64,000 nt of DNA, taken from Squalus acanthias. Taxonomy: Eukaryota. Position numbers and translations under genes: made by a program. Shown here in pieces: positions 12,151 through 23,667 of the stretch; position 1 is the first letter of the stretch, and every line of letters begins with the position of its first letter. A model generated the notes under the pieces. That model had not been told where the DNA came from and made no database searches. It worked only from the letters and a program-made list of their open reading frames with translations. The DNA is taken from contig JASTWF010000347.1 of NCBI GenBank assembly GCA_030390025.1, positions 1 through 64,000 of the forward strand. The letters run 5' to 3'.

Positions 12151-12229
12151 TCGATGAATAATAACTGTGTACAATACAGCGACACTCACAAATAATAATT
12201 CAATCATAAAGTGATTGTGAGGATCGATT

Positions 12230-12800
12230 ATCGCCTCTTTAACCTGAGGTGCCCACCGGTCGGGGAAGGTATCAAGTGAACCGGTGGACACCGCCTGCTC
12301 CCTCTACAGGGCCACCCGGGCAGGGACAAGACCACGGGAGAGAGGCAGGCAGCCAGAGTGACTCCCCCATGGGCCCCGCCCATCCTGGACCTACAAATTG
12401 CTGTTTTCGCCAGGCCCAAGAGCAGGTCCAGGAGAAGATCCTCCGACTTACCCACCCCCCTCCGCACCGGGCGGACAAAGATTAGGAGCGTGGGGCTAAA
12501 GTGTAACCAAGAGTTGAGAAGCAGCCCCTTCAGGTAACTATACAGGGGCTGCAACATTTCACACTGAATATATACACGGCCCGTGGACTCCTCTGGGCCG
12601 CAAAAACACATCTGGCCTTGGAGTCCGGAAAGGAGCTTAAACTGTGGCACACGACAGCTCCCTGCAACAGTCTCCACCCCAGATCCCCAATGGTGCAGAG
12701 AAGGATCCCCGCGTAGAGAGCCCTCCATTGGGGAACCTCGCCTCCGCCAGACGGCAAGATGACCCGCCAGTCTGATTGAGATTGGGCAATAAACAAAATT
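12230..12800 (-). mobile_element. Tx1/L1-clade LINE ORF2 C-terminal fragment (further copies ~57730-58300, 32130-32440, 30590-30690)
   Basis: GDLGWRLLQGAV...CxFCGxEES...CERLQPLYSYLKGLL...LLLGLAKTAI, a Tx1-like C-terminal region with frameshifts. Confidence 0.65.
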
Positions 12801-13384
12801 AATCAATAAATGAGACAGAAACCCGAGTCCCCGGGTCCTCAGCCCTGGTGTGAAGTACGCTGGCCGCCACTTTTCCGTTACTGACTAACACCTCAGGCCC
12901 CGCCCAGTCTGGTTTAATTACTAAATGTTTTCTAACTCGGGTTCAGGCCTGTCATTCTGAGGGAAACTTACAAGGCCTCATTTATTGGTGTGTCCCACCC
13001 GAGCGGCTGTTAATGGCTTTAATAAACTGGCAATAAGATTTTTATTTTAAAAGTGGGAAAGAGGTGAAAAACACCACTAGTGATGCCTCAAAACTCACGG
13101 ACAGAGAAATCCACTTCATCAGCGCCCCTGCCACAGGACTCAATATCCACCCCCTCCACCACTGGTGCACTGTGTCTGCAGTATGTACGGTCTACAAGAT
13201 GACCACGGTCAGGCCGTGTGGAGTCAAAGGTCAGGAAGCAGAATGGATGGAAAGATCGCTACAAACTTCCCTTAACTCCAACCCTCTGATTTCTGTTTTG
13301 TAGCCATCTTTCCATCCATTCTGCTGGCTGGCCCTTCACTCCACACGGCCTGACCTGGGTCATCTTGTCGATCTTACAGACTGT

Positions 13385-14500
13385 TTATGGATAGCAAGCT
13401 GGTTACACAACAGGAAACAGAGAGCAGGGGTTGGGAGTAGCTACTCAGACTGGCAAAAGGTGGGAAGTGGTGTTCCACAGGGATCGGTGCTGGGACCACT
13501 GTTGTTCACCATTTACAGAAACGATTTGGACTTGGGAATCAGAAGAACAATTTAAAAATTTGTCGATGACACCAAATTGGGAGGAAGAGTTAATACTGAG
13601 GAAGACAAAATGCAAGAAGACATTAATAAATTTCAGAATGGGCGTGTAATTGGCAAATGAATTTCACTGTAGATCAGTGTGAGGTGGTGTATTTTGGTGG
13701 GAAGAATAAGGAGGCCACTCACTACTTGGACAAGGGGGTGAAATTGGGTTGCTTTGTGCCTCCTGCGATATTCAGCGGTAGGTTAGCGGTGGCGGTAGCC
13801 GGTAGCGCCCCACGGCACAGCACCGCCGGCAATGACGTCATCGCCATGCGCAGCACCCCGGCTGCAACCTTGGGTTGCGACCCCTGACCTATTGCCGGAC
13901 AAAAAGTCGGACAGGGTCAAGGGTCGTTCCTGCAGGCGTGGCGACGCCACTTAAAGGGCAGGTGTCGGGTGGCAACTTTTTATTTTGGCCGACTGCCAGC
14001 ACCTGCCCCCTTCCCCTTTCTTCTTCGGGGTGTCGGCCGCGATCGCTCAGCCCGGCGCTCCTCTTGATCCGACACCCCGCTCCCCGGTGGTCCAGCAGGG
14101 CCCCGGTGTGAGCAGTGCTAGGCCCCTCCCCTTTAATCAGGGAGGGAGGTCTGCTATGACACGGTGCTATGTGCCGACGGGCGTGGCGCTGTTGCACGAA
14201 GTGCCGCGAAATTCACTGGTAGCGCCCCAAGAGGGAGGGGAGCGCTTCCAGTAGCACCCCGCCTCCTGCTTGGGGCGCTACCACTGAATTTAATGTGCAG
14301 GGGCGCTAACTTTTACGGGGCGCTAAAATTAGCCCCGGCGACGTTAGCGACCCAAAGGGGGCGCCACCGAATTTCCCCCCCAAGAGTCTAAATGGGCTGG
14401 AGGAGCAGAGGGATCCAGGGATACAGATACACAAATCACTAAAAGTAGCGACACACGTTAATAAGGCCATTAAAAAAAAAGCACTGGGGTACATTCCTAA
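13385..14500 (+). mobile_element. Degraded CR1 RT fragment interrupted by a MITE (inverse copy ~21715-22578)
   Basis: SGVPQGSVLGPLLF-like and WQMNF..KCEV-like segments on both sides of the MITE. Confidence 0.8.
13734..14380. mobile_element. GC-rich non-autonomous DNA transposon (PIF/Harbinger-like MITE)
   Basis: TIRs GGGGGTGAAATT / AATTTCCCCCC; 3-bp CAA/TAA-like TSD; no convincing ORF. Confidence 0.7.
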
Positions 14501-14953
14501 AGGAGCCTTCTGTTCCGTGCCCAGGAGCTCTGAACCATGGCAGAGAGCGGCTGGGACACGTTTCTCACAGGCCTCGAGATTAACCCACACGGGGACTTTG
14601 CTGTCAGTGAAGAGAGACGAGAAAGACCAAAGTGCCGTTTGCCCCTCTCAGTGTGGCCCTGAAGGACTGTGTCCAGGCTGAAGTTCTGTTCCCGCCGTAC
14701 GATCCTCCCCCAGATTGTCCTTTCTGAGCTCCAGCCAGGTGATGCTAAACACTCAGGTGGGAAAGAAGAAAATCTACAACAATGTGTTTAAAACAAAGCT
14801 GATTTACTTGACATTTATCCAGAATATTAAACTCCAGCCCAGTTACAGGAGTTATTAACATCAGCAGAAATAAACCCCAACTGTCAGAATGAACATGGTT
14901 CAGTCCTGGATGTGATTAACAGCAGCAATAACAGCAGAATCCAACCCCTGCAG

Positions 14954-15932
14954 TCACTTGTGAACTTGCTGGTGTCTCAGCAGGTGGGATGAACGAGCGA
15001 ATCCCTTCCCACATACGGAGCAGGTGAACGGCCTCTCCCCAGTGTGAGTGCGCTGGTGTACAGTGAGGTCAGATGAGTGCCTGAACCCAATCCCGCAGTG
15101 AGAGCACCTGAACGGTCTCTCCCCGGTGTGAACATGTTGATGGTACGTCAGTTCCCAGGAACTTTTATAGCACTTCCCGCATTCCGGACATTTAAAAGGT
15201 CTCTCATCAGTGTGAACTCGCTGGTGATTCAACAGGTTGGATGACTGAGTGAATCCTTTCCCACACTCGGAACAGGTGAACGGCCTCTCTCCAGTGTGAA
15301 CTCGCTGGTGTCTCAGTAGGTGGGATGAATTAGTGAATCCCTTCCCACACTCCGAGCAGGTGAACGGCCTCTCCCCACTGTGAACATGCTGGTGTCTCAG
15401 CAGTTTGGAGGACAAAGCGAATCCTTTCCCACACTCGAAGCAGGTGAACGGCCACTCCCCAGTGTGTAGGTGTTGGTGTCTCTTCAGCTCCCCGGGGTTT
15501 TTAAAGCTCTTCCCACAGTCAAAACACTGAAATGGTCTCTCGTCAGTGTGAACTCGCTGGTGTGTTTCCAGGTGGGATGGATAAACAAATCCCTTCCCAC
15601 ACACGGAGCAGGTGAACGGACTGTCCCTGGTGTGACTGCGTCGTTGAACTTCTATTGCAGACGGGGAACTGAATCCCTTCCCACCGTCCCCACCTTTACC
15701 CGGTTTCTCCCCGGTGTGACGGTGCACGTGTCTCGCCAGGGCAGGCGATCGGCTGAATCCGCGTCCACACACCGAACACGTGTGCGGTTTGTCATCGCTG
15801 CAATCGCTGCTTTCTCCTTCCATATGCAAAGGCCGATGATATTCAGGTCCGGATGAATCGAGCGACTCTGTCAGATCTTGACATGTTGTTTGGTCTGAGC
15901 TTCCCACCTGTAACTGCTCCACTTCTATAACC
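14954..15932 (-). CDS. ZNF-C coding exon: 9 intact C2H2 fingers plus 1 Cys-less finger
   Basis: Open from the acceptor (TTTACAG|G at 15932) through leader VIEVEQLQ...HMEGE to HQQVHK*. Confidence 0.85.
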
Positions 15933-16099
15933 CTGTAAATTGAGATCAGAAAAGGATCAGAGACAAACTGTTGTTTAATTTTCCCCTTTCCGAACCTAGG
16001 GGCAGTGAAGCTGATTTTCAGGCTCCAGCTGCTGCACAGGTTGGTTGAAAGGATCAGCAGTAATGGCGGCTGCAATACCCACAAGCCCCGGCGCTCCAG

Positions 16100-16345
16100 A
16101 AAGTGCTCTGTTGACTCTGAGTCCCGCCCATGTGCTCATGGCCCCCGCGCTCTCCCTCCTGCTCCACAATCGCCCGTCCCGATCGGTCCACAACGCGCAT
16201 GCTCAGCGCACAAAACCCCGCGGTTGGAACATCGGGTGCGCATGCGGAGCCGCAACATCTGGTACGTGTGCGCGGCTCAGGTGGGGGCGAGTCGGTGTTT
16301 CGCCTCAGCCGCCAGGGAGGTGCGCATGCGCAGGACGACCCAACA
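16100..16345. promoter_or_regulatory. CpG-rich promoter of ZNF-C with clustered NRF1-like sites (paralog ~63180-63425)
   Basis: TGCGCATGCGCA at 16321-16332 plus two near matches. Confidence 0.6.
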
Positions 16346-16380
16346 TTCTTCCTGTCAGCAATCACTCCCTCGTTTCTTTA

Positions 16381-16479
16381 ATAAAAACAGAAAATGCTGG
16401 AAATACTCAGCAGGTCAGGCAGCATCTGTGGAGAGAGAAACAGAGTTAACGTTTCAGGTCGATGACCTTTCGTCAGAAC
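16381..16479 (-). mobile_element. Penelope-like terminal fragment with hammerhead motif (16443-16479)
   Basis: GTT-CTGACGA-A-AGGTC ATC GACCT-GAAACGTT-AAC on the minus strand; same family as 22686-23277. Confidence 0.75.
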
Positions 16480-16492
16480 GGCTTGTTCTTTA

Positions 16493-16502
16493 GTGTCAGC
16501 CA

Positions 16503-16540
<38 letters not shown>

Positions 16541-16722
16541 AGTTGTGGGTTCAAGTCCCACTCCAGAGACTTGAGCACAGGAATCCAGGCTGACGCTCCA
16601 GTGCAGTGCTGAGGGAGTGCGGCACTGTCGGAGGTGCCGTTTTTTGGAGTAGACGTTAAACCGAGGCCCGGTCTGCTCTCTCAGGTGGACGTCAAAGATC
16701 CTATGCCATTATTTTGAAGAAG
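16493..16722 (+). mobile_element. tRNA-derived SINE 5' part (SacSINE1/DeuSINE-like)
   Basis: A box TGGCTCAGTGG and B box GGTTCAAGTCC; family assignment from recalled sequence. Confidence 0.75.
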
Positions 16723-16724
16723 AA

Positions 16725-17933
16725 AAGCAAAGAGAGGGCATGAAAAAATATTGGCAAGTAAAATCAAGGAAAACCCAAAGATGTTTTATAAATACATTAA
16801 GAGCAAGAGGATAACTAAAGTAAGAGTGGAGCCTATTAGGGACCATAAAGGTAACCTGTGTGTGGAAGTGGAAGACATGAGTATGGTTCTTAATGAATAC
16901 TTTGCATCTGTTTTCACAAAAGAGAGGGACGATGCAGACATTGCAATCAGGGAGGAGGAGTGTGAAATATTAGATGAAATAAACATAGTGAAAGAGGAAG
17001 TATTAAGGTGTTTAGCATCTTTGAAAGTGGATAAATCCCCAGGCCTGGATGAAATGTATCCCAGACTGTTAAGAGAAGTAAGAGAGGAAATAGCAGAGGC
17101 TCTGACCATCATTTTCCAATCCTCTCTGGCTACAGGTATGGTGCCGGAGGACTGGAGAACTGCTAACGTGGTACCATTGTTTAAAAAGGGAGAAAGGGAT
17201 AGACCGAGTAATTACAGGCCAATCAGCCTAACCTCGGTGTTGGGAAACTTATTGGAAAAAGTTCTGAGGGACAGGATAAATCTTCATTTAGAAAGACACG
17301 GATTAATCAGGGACAGTCAGCATGGATTTGTTATGGGAAGGTCGTGTCTGACTAACTTGATTGAATTTTATGGGGAGGTAACAAGGATGGTCGATGAGGG
17401 GAGTGCGTTTGATGTAGTCTATATTGATTTTAGCAAGGCTTTTGATTCTGGTCACGAAAGTAAAAGCCCATGGGATCCAAGGCAAAGTGACAAGTTGGAT
17501 CCAAAATTGTCTCAGAGGCAGGAAACAAAGGGTAATGGTCGAAGGGTGTTTTTGTGACTGGAAGGTTGTTTCCAGTGGGGTTCCGCAGGGCTCAGTACTG
17601 GGTCCTTTGCTTTTTGTGGTATATATCAATGATTTGGACTTGAATGTAGGAAGTATGATTAAGAAGTTTGCAGATGATACAAAAATTGGCCGTGTGGTTG
17701 ATAATGAAGAAGAAAGCTGCAGACTGCAGGAAGATATCAATGGACTGGTCAGGTGGGCAGACAAGTGGGAAATGGAATTCAATCTGGAGAAGTGTGAGGT
17801 AATGCACTTGGGGAGGTCTAACAAGGCTTGGGAATACACTATAAATGGTCGGACACTGAGAAGTGCAGAAGATCAGAGGGACCTTGGAGAGCATGTCCAC
17901 AGATCCCTGAAGGGAGCAGGACAGGTAGATAAG
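16725..17933 (+). mobile_element. CR1 ORF2 internal fragment
   Basis: KSPGLDEMYPR, NYRPISLTS, GVPQGSVLGP and KFADD; one frameshift. Confidence 0.93.
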
Positions 17934-18440
17934 GCGCATGCGCACACGGAGCGGCGGCACAACGACCCCTCCCGGTCACCAAGGGCAACAACCGCGCATG
18001 CCCAGAGAACACCAACCCCCCTCCCCCACTCGGAGCTGCGCCTGCGCGGTCGGATCCTGCCGGACGGAGTCGGTGCGGGGCATTCCGGGGAAAGACCTTG
18101 GTTCCGTTACAGAGTCGCGATCGGTGACGCAAGTGAGTTTTCTCCGCTCCGATTGGGTGGAGAATCGCGCGGGGTGGGGGGGAGGGGTGGATCGGGAGAG
18201 AATAAAGAGAAATAGAAAAACCTCAGAGTCCGCGAGGCCCCGGACCGAGCGGCGTCAGTTGGACGGAGCACGTGATCTCCTCGGCGACACGTGACCCGGG
18301 CCCACGGCCTGATTGACGGGAGCTTCCGACCAATAGGGAGCGAGCGGGGCGGGGCTGGAGGAGCGAGCCGGCGGCGGGTCCTCCAACCAATCGGGGAGCC
18401 CGAGGGGCGGGACTAGCGCCGGCTGATTGTCTGATCCGCG
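17934..18440. promoter_or_regulatory. CpG island with the same CCAAT/GC-box core as the palindromic module, but without its arms
   Basis: GCGCATGCGCA; GATTGACGGGAGC..CCAAT..GGGGCGGGG..CCAACCAATCGG at ~18310-18395. Confidence 0.6.
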
Positions 18441-18632
18441 GGGCAGCGAGTTTCTCCAGTCCCTTGTTCAGGGCCCGGGGCCAGGGGAGGCTGTGGGCCT
18501 TTATTCCCCTTATTGGACACAAGGCTCTTTGTCTCACAACACACTGGCTCAGGTTTTAATACAGACTTTTTAAATTCATGAATAAAAGCAGATAAACCCC
18601 GTGCTTCTGTGGCACAAACTTTCTAATATTTT

Positions 18633-19090
18633 ATAGAATCATAGAATGGTTCCAGCACAGAAGGAGGCCATTCAGCCCGTCGAGCCCGTGCCGGCTCTCT
18701 GCAAGATCACTTCAGCTAGTCCCACTCCCCCGCCCTTTCCCCACAGCCCTGCAATTCTTTTTCCTTCTGAAATTGTGCACTGTACACCCAAGTCTAAGTC
18801 ATTAATATATGTCAAGTAAAGCAGTGATTCTAGTACCGACCCCTGGGGAACACCACTGTGTACCTTCCTCCAGTCCGAAAAACAACCGTTCACCACTATT
18901 CTCTGTTTTCTGTCACTTAGCCAATTTTGTATCCATGCTGCCACTGTCCCTTTTATTCCATGGGCTTCAACTTTGCTGGCAAGCCTATTATGTGGCACTT
19001 TGTCGACGCCTTTTGGAAATCCAGGTACACGATATCAACCGCATTGCCCTCATCAACCCTCTCTGTTACCTCATCAAAAAACTCAATCAG
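18633..19090 (-). mobile_element. Internally deleted CR1 fragment with tail
   Basis: RT peptides (LIEFFDEVTERVDEG, HGIKGTVAAWIQNWL) joined to an ATTCTATG tail. Confidence 0.85.
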
Positions 19091-19659
19091 AATCAGAGCG
19101 GCCGGGCCCGGCGGACGTGCGGCCAGGGCCCCGGTACCAGGAAACCCAGGGTGCAGCACCTCCCCCATCCGAGCCGCCGCTTCCCGGTTTCTTCAGCCGT
19201 TTCCACCGAGTCCGACTCGGGACAAAGGACAGGAGCCAGGCTCCCAGAATGGCCCGCGGCCCCGGGGAGCATGCGCACTCTCAGCGGGGAAATCAGCGCG
19301 TTGGATAGAGCAGTTTCTGGGGCGCAGGGAATTGTGGGTGCTACGGCCGCCATTAGTCAGCGGCTGTCGGGAAGAGTTTTATTGCAGGCTGACGGAAGGT
19401 AGGTCCCTGGCCGCCTGTGTAGGTCTTTTTGTTGCATCAGTTTGAGCTGTAGTGGAGATGGAGGAGAAGCTACTGGGTTTAACCCCCAGTACTTCTGAGC
19501 CCAGGAGGACCCAACAATTCCAATGTGAGACTGTCAAGGGAGGTGGATTCTGGGGGAGATTAGGTTGTTAAACAGACACTGTCCCTACAATGTAAAAGAG
19601 TATTGTTTTAGGAACAAGTATTTCTGTACAGGCTTTTAATCCAGTTTACATATACAGAT

Positions 19660-20165
19660 TTTTTTAAATTCATTCTTGGGATGTGGGCGCCGCTCGCAAG
19701 AGCAGCAAATATTGCCAATCTCCAGTTGCCCATTGAGAAGGGGCTGGTGAGTCGCCTTCTTGAACTGCTGCAGTCCTTGTGGTGAAGGTACTCCCACAAT
19801 GTTGTTCGGTAAGGAGTTCCAGTATTTTGACCCAGCAACGATGAATATGTCTGAGTCAGGATGGTGTGTGACTTGGAGGGGAACTTGGAGATGATGGTGC
19901 TCCCATGGAACAGCTGCCCTTGTCCTTCTAGGTGGTGGATGTTGCGGGTTTGGGAGGTTCTGTCAAAGTTCTGGTTGAGTTGCAGATGTATAAAGTCCAT
20001 CTCCTTCGCACCCCCCCGACTCCCCCCCACTCCATTCTCTCTCTCTGTCCTCCCATAGAGGCCAGAGTCTTGTGTAGGCCCAGACCAGGTGGCGGGTTCC
20101 CTGCTCTGAAGGACATTAGTGAACCAGTTGGGTTTTTATGACAATCCGGCGGCTTTCATGGTCAC
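19660..20165 (-). mobile_element. Non-LTR retroposon 3' fragments of a different family (related piece ~43320-43625)
   Basis: Shared GGATGTGGGC..GGTGAG(T/C)CGCCTTCT and AAGGACATTAGTGAACCAG..GACAATCCGG blocks; clade not resolved. Confidence 0.55.
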
Positions 20166-20280
20166 TTTTTTCTAGTGCCGGCCCCACAAATGACCAGATT
20201 CATTCAGCTCAATTTCACAACCTGCCTTTGTTTTCTTGTGGGTTCTCTCTCACGCTCCCTGTTTTAAATTTATTTTACAG

Positions 20281-21258
20281 GGTATTAGAAGGGGAGGATT
20301 TACAGACGGTAAGCTCAAACCAAACATCACGTCAAGATATAACAGAGTCACTCGACCTATCGGATCTGAATGTCACCGGCCTCTGAACATGGAAGCAAAG
20401 AGCACCGTTCACAGTGGGGAGAAACCGCACACGTGTTCTGTGTGTGGACAAGGCTTCAGCCAATCATCTGGCCTGGCGAAACACGAGCGCAGTCACACCA
20501 GGGAGAGGCCGTTCACCTGCTCTGAATGTGGGAAGGGATTCACTCAGTCATCCGACCTGCTGACACACCAGCGAGTTCACACTGGGGAGAGGCCGTTCAC
20601 CTGCTCTGAGTGTGGGAAGGCATTCGCTCAGTCATCCACCCTGCTGACACACCAGCGAGTTCACACTGGGGAGAGACCTTTTAAATGCCTGGACTGTGGG
20701 AAGTGCTATAAAAGTTCTGGGGAACTGACACGCCATCAACGTGTTCACACTGACGAAAGACCGTTCAGGTGCTCTCACTGCGGGACTGGGTTCAGGCAAT
20801 CATCTGAACTCACTGTCCACCAGCGCATTCACACTGGGGAGAGGCCTTTCACCTGCTCTGTATGTGGGAAGGGATTCACTCATTCATCCACCCTGCTGAC
20901 ACACCAGCGAGTTCACACTGGGGAGAGGCCTTTCACCTGCTCCGTATGTGGGAAGGGATTCGCTCAGTCATCCACCCTGCTGTCACACCAGCGAGTTCAC
21001 ATTGGGGAGAGGCCGTTCACCTGCTCTGAGTGTGGGAAGGGATTCACTCGTTCATCCACCCTGCTGACACACCAGCGAGTTCACACTAGGGAGAGGCCGT
21101 TCACCTGCTCTGAGTGTGGGAAGGGATTCACTCGTTCATCCAACCTGCTGACACACCAGCGAGTTCACACTGGGGAGAGGCCGTTCAACTGCTCCGTGTG
21201 TGGGAAGGGATTCACTCAGTCATCCAACCTGCTGACACACCAGCGAGTTCACAAGTGA
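20281..21258 (+). CDS. ZNF-D coding exon, 10 C2H2 fingers
   Basis: Acceptor TTTTACAG at 20280; open ORF, internal MEAKS, ends HQRVHK*; AATAAA ~21404. Confidence 0.85.
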   Translation, partial: GIRRGGFTDGKLKPNITSRYNRVTRPIGSECHRPLNMEAKSTVHSGEKPHTCSVCGQGFSQSSGLAKHERSHTRERPFTCSECGKGFTQSSDLLTHQRVHTGERPFTCSECGKAFAQSSTLLTHQRVHTGERPFKCLDCGKCYKSSGELTRHQRVHTDERPFRCSHCGTGFRQSSELTVHQRIHTGERPFTCSVCGKGFTHSSTLLTHQRVHTGERPFTCSVCGKGFAQSSTLLSHQRVHIGERPFTCSECGKGFTRSSTLLTHQRVHTRERPFTCSECGKGFTRSSNLLTHQRVHTGERPFNCSVCGKGFTQSSNLLTHQRVHK

Positions 21259-21832
21259 CTGCTGGGCTTGTATTCTGCTGTTGTTGCTGCTGTTAATCAC
21301 ATCCAGGACTGAACCATGTTCATTCTGACAGTTGGGGTTTGTTTCTGCTGATGTTATTAACTCCTGTAACTGGGCTGGAGTTTAATATTCTGGATAGATG
21401 TCAAATAAATCAGCTTTGTTTCAAACACATTGTTGTAGATTTTTGTCTTTCCCACCTGAGTGTTTAGCATCACCTGGCTGGAGCTCAGAAAGGACAATCT
21501 GGGGGAGGATCGTACGGCGGGAACAGAACTTCAGCCTGGACACAGTCCTTCAGGGCCACACTGAGAGGGGCAAACGGCACTTTGATCTTTCTCGTCTCTC
21601 TTCACTGACAGCAAAGGCCCCGTGTGGGTTAATCTCGAGGCGTGTGAGCAACGTGTCCCAGCCGCTCTCTGCCATGGTTCAGAGCTCCTAGGCACAGAAC
21701 AGAAGGCTCCTTTAGGAATGTACCCCAGTGCTTTTTTTTTAAATGGCCTGATTAACGTGTGTCGTTACTTTTAGTGATTTGTGTATCTGTATCCCTGGAT
21801 CCCTCTGCTCCTCCAGCCCATTTAGACTCTTA

Positions 21833-22480
21833 GGGGGAAAAATTCGGTGGCGCCCCCTTTGGGTCGCTAACGTCGCCGGGGCTAACTTTAGCGCCCCAAA
21901 AAAGTTAGCGCCCCTGCGCATTAAATTCAGTGGTAGCGCCCCCAGCAGGAGGCGGGGTGCTACTGGAAGCGCTCCCCTCCCTCTTGGGGCGCTACCAGTG
22001 AATTTCGCGGCACTTCGTGCAACAGCGCCACGCCCGTCGGCACATAGCACCGTGTCATAGCAGACCTCCCTCCCTGATTAAAGGGGCGGGGCCTAGCACT
22101 GCTCACACCGGGGCCCTGCTGGACCACCGGGGAGCGGGGTGTCGGATCAAGAGGAGCGCCGGGCTGAGCGATCGCGGCTGACACCCCGAAGAAGAAAGGG
22201 GAAGGGGGCAGGTGCTGGCAGTCGGCCAAAATAAAAAGTTGCCGCCTGACACCTGCCCTTTAAGTGGCGTCGCCGCGGCTGCAGGAACGACCCCTGACCC
22301 TGTCGGACATATCATCCGGCGATAGGTCAGGGGTCGCAACCCAAGGTTGCAGCCGGGGTGCTGCGCATGGTGATGACGTCATTGCCGGCGGTGCAGTGCC
22401 GTGGGGTGCTACCGGCTACCGCCGCCGCTAACCTCCCGCTGAATATCGCAGGAGGCACAAAGCAACCCAATTTCACCCCC
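21833..22480. mobile_element. Second, inverted copy of the Harbinger-like MITE
   Basis: Reverse complement of 13734-14380 with the same flanks. Confidence 0.7.
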
Positions 22481-22766
22481 TTGTCCAAGTAGTGAGTGGC
22501 CTCCTTATTCCCACCAAAACACACCACCTCACACTGATCTACAGTGAAATTCATTTGCCAATTACACGCCCATTCTGATTATTTGAAAATTTCATCATTG
22601 CATTTATATTGTTAATCATAAAGCTGTTTTTAAGGCTTTATTGTTTATTGTGATCAATGAATGTAATGGTTTACTATGTAACTGACGTTGTATAAGTACT
22701 GAAATAACAACAGAAAACGCTGGAAAAACTCAGCAGGCCAGGCAGCATCCGTGGAGAGAGAAAGAG

Positions 22767-22803
22767 AGTTAACGTTTCAGGTCGATGACCTTTCGTCAGA
22801 ACT
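22767..22803 (-). ncRNA. Minimal type I hammerhead ribozyme motif
   Basis: Reverse complement of 23130-23166. Confidence 0.7.
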
Positions 22804-23129
22804 GTGAAGAGCCGGAAATCAAATAGATTTAAGGCCAGAGTAAAGCTGGGAAAAGGGGGAGGGGATAAAAGAACAAAGGGGGAGATGAAGAGACATTAAG
22901 AGCAATGAAGATGAACAGGGTTGAAGAGCCAAACGGAAATCCCGTCGAAGAGAAGAGCAGAACTTCTTCAAGGTAGGCATTCCTAGAAGAGAGGTGGCAG
23001 TGAACCAAACACTAATACGATAGCAAAATACTGCGGATGTCTCTTCATCTCCCCCTTTGTTCTTTTATCCCCTCCCCCTTTTCCCAGCTTTACTCTGGCC
23101 TTAAATCTATTTGATTTCCGGCTCTTCAC

Positions 23130-23166
23130 AGTTCTGACGAAAGGTCATCGACCTGAAACGTTAACT
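23130..23166 (+). ncRNA. Minimal type I hammerhead ribozyme motif
   Basis: AGTT-CTGACGA-A-AGGTC ATC GACCT-GAAACGTT-AACT: core CUGANGA/GAAA, 5-bp helix II, palindromic ACGU helix III, 4-bp helix I. Confidence 0.72.
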
Positions 23167-23294
23167 CTCTTTCTCTCTCCACGGATGCTGCCTGGCCTGC
23201 TGAGTTTTTCCAGCGTTTTCTGTTGTTATTTCAGATTTCCAGCATCCGCAGTATTTTGCTATCGTTGTATAAGTACTAATGTACTTGAATAATA

Positions 23295-23600
23295 TTCAGC
23301 TCACACTGCCCGGGTGATTGACGGGAGCTCCGGACCAATAGGAAGAGCGGGGCGGGACTGGAGGACCGAGCGGGCGGCGGGTCCTCCAACCAATCGGAGT
23401 GTGTGAAGGGCGGGGCCTGACCTTTGAACCTGAACAACAGAAGTTGAGTTGAGCATGCGCGGACCTTGGCAGCAGCCGCTGACACATCAGGTGAGAGAGC
23501 TCAGGGAGCGGGTTAATAAACCCCGGGGGGACGCGGGCTGCACACACCCCGAGTGCGGCCCCAGGCCCCATTATTAAAACACTCAACATTATCCGCCCGC
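23295..23600. promoter_or_regulatory. Promoter module of ZNF-E (core plus one arm)
   Basis: Same sequence as 38385-38671; donor CAG|GTGAGA at 23491. Confidence 0.7.
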
Positions 23601-23667
23601 TGCTTCCCGGTTTCTCCCGATTCGCTCAGCAAAGGGGCCCCGCGCCAAACTCTGGGACAGACAGGAA

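Larger units (their letters stand above)
22686..23277. mobile_element. Penelope-like fold-back insertion with 15-bp TSD and two hammerhead motifs
   Basis: TSD CGTTGTATAAGTACT at 22686-22700 and 23263-23277; 198-bp inverted arms at 22699-22896 and 23037-23234. Confidence 0.88.

Noticed and set aside
13875..14391. Duplicated GC-rich ORFs (also 21739-22554)
   Set aside because: Chance frames within the MITE; no transposase motifs
14954..16084. ORF-track N-termini of ZNF-C, D and L as real protein starts
   Set aside because: Non-ATG starts lying upstream of conserved splice acceptors; probably intronic
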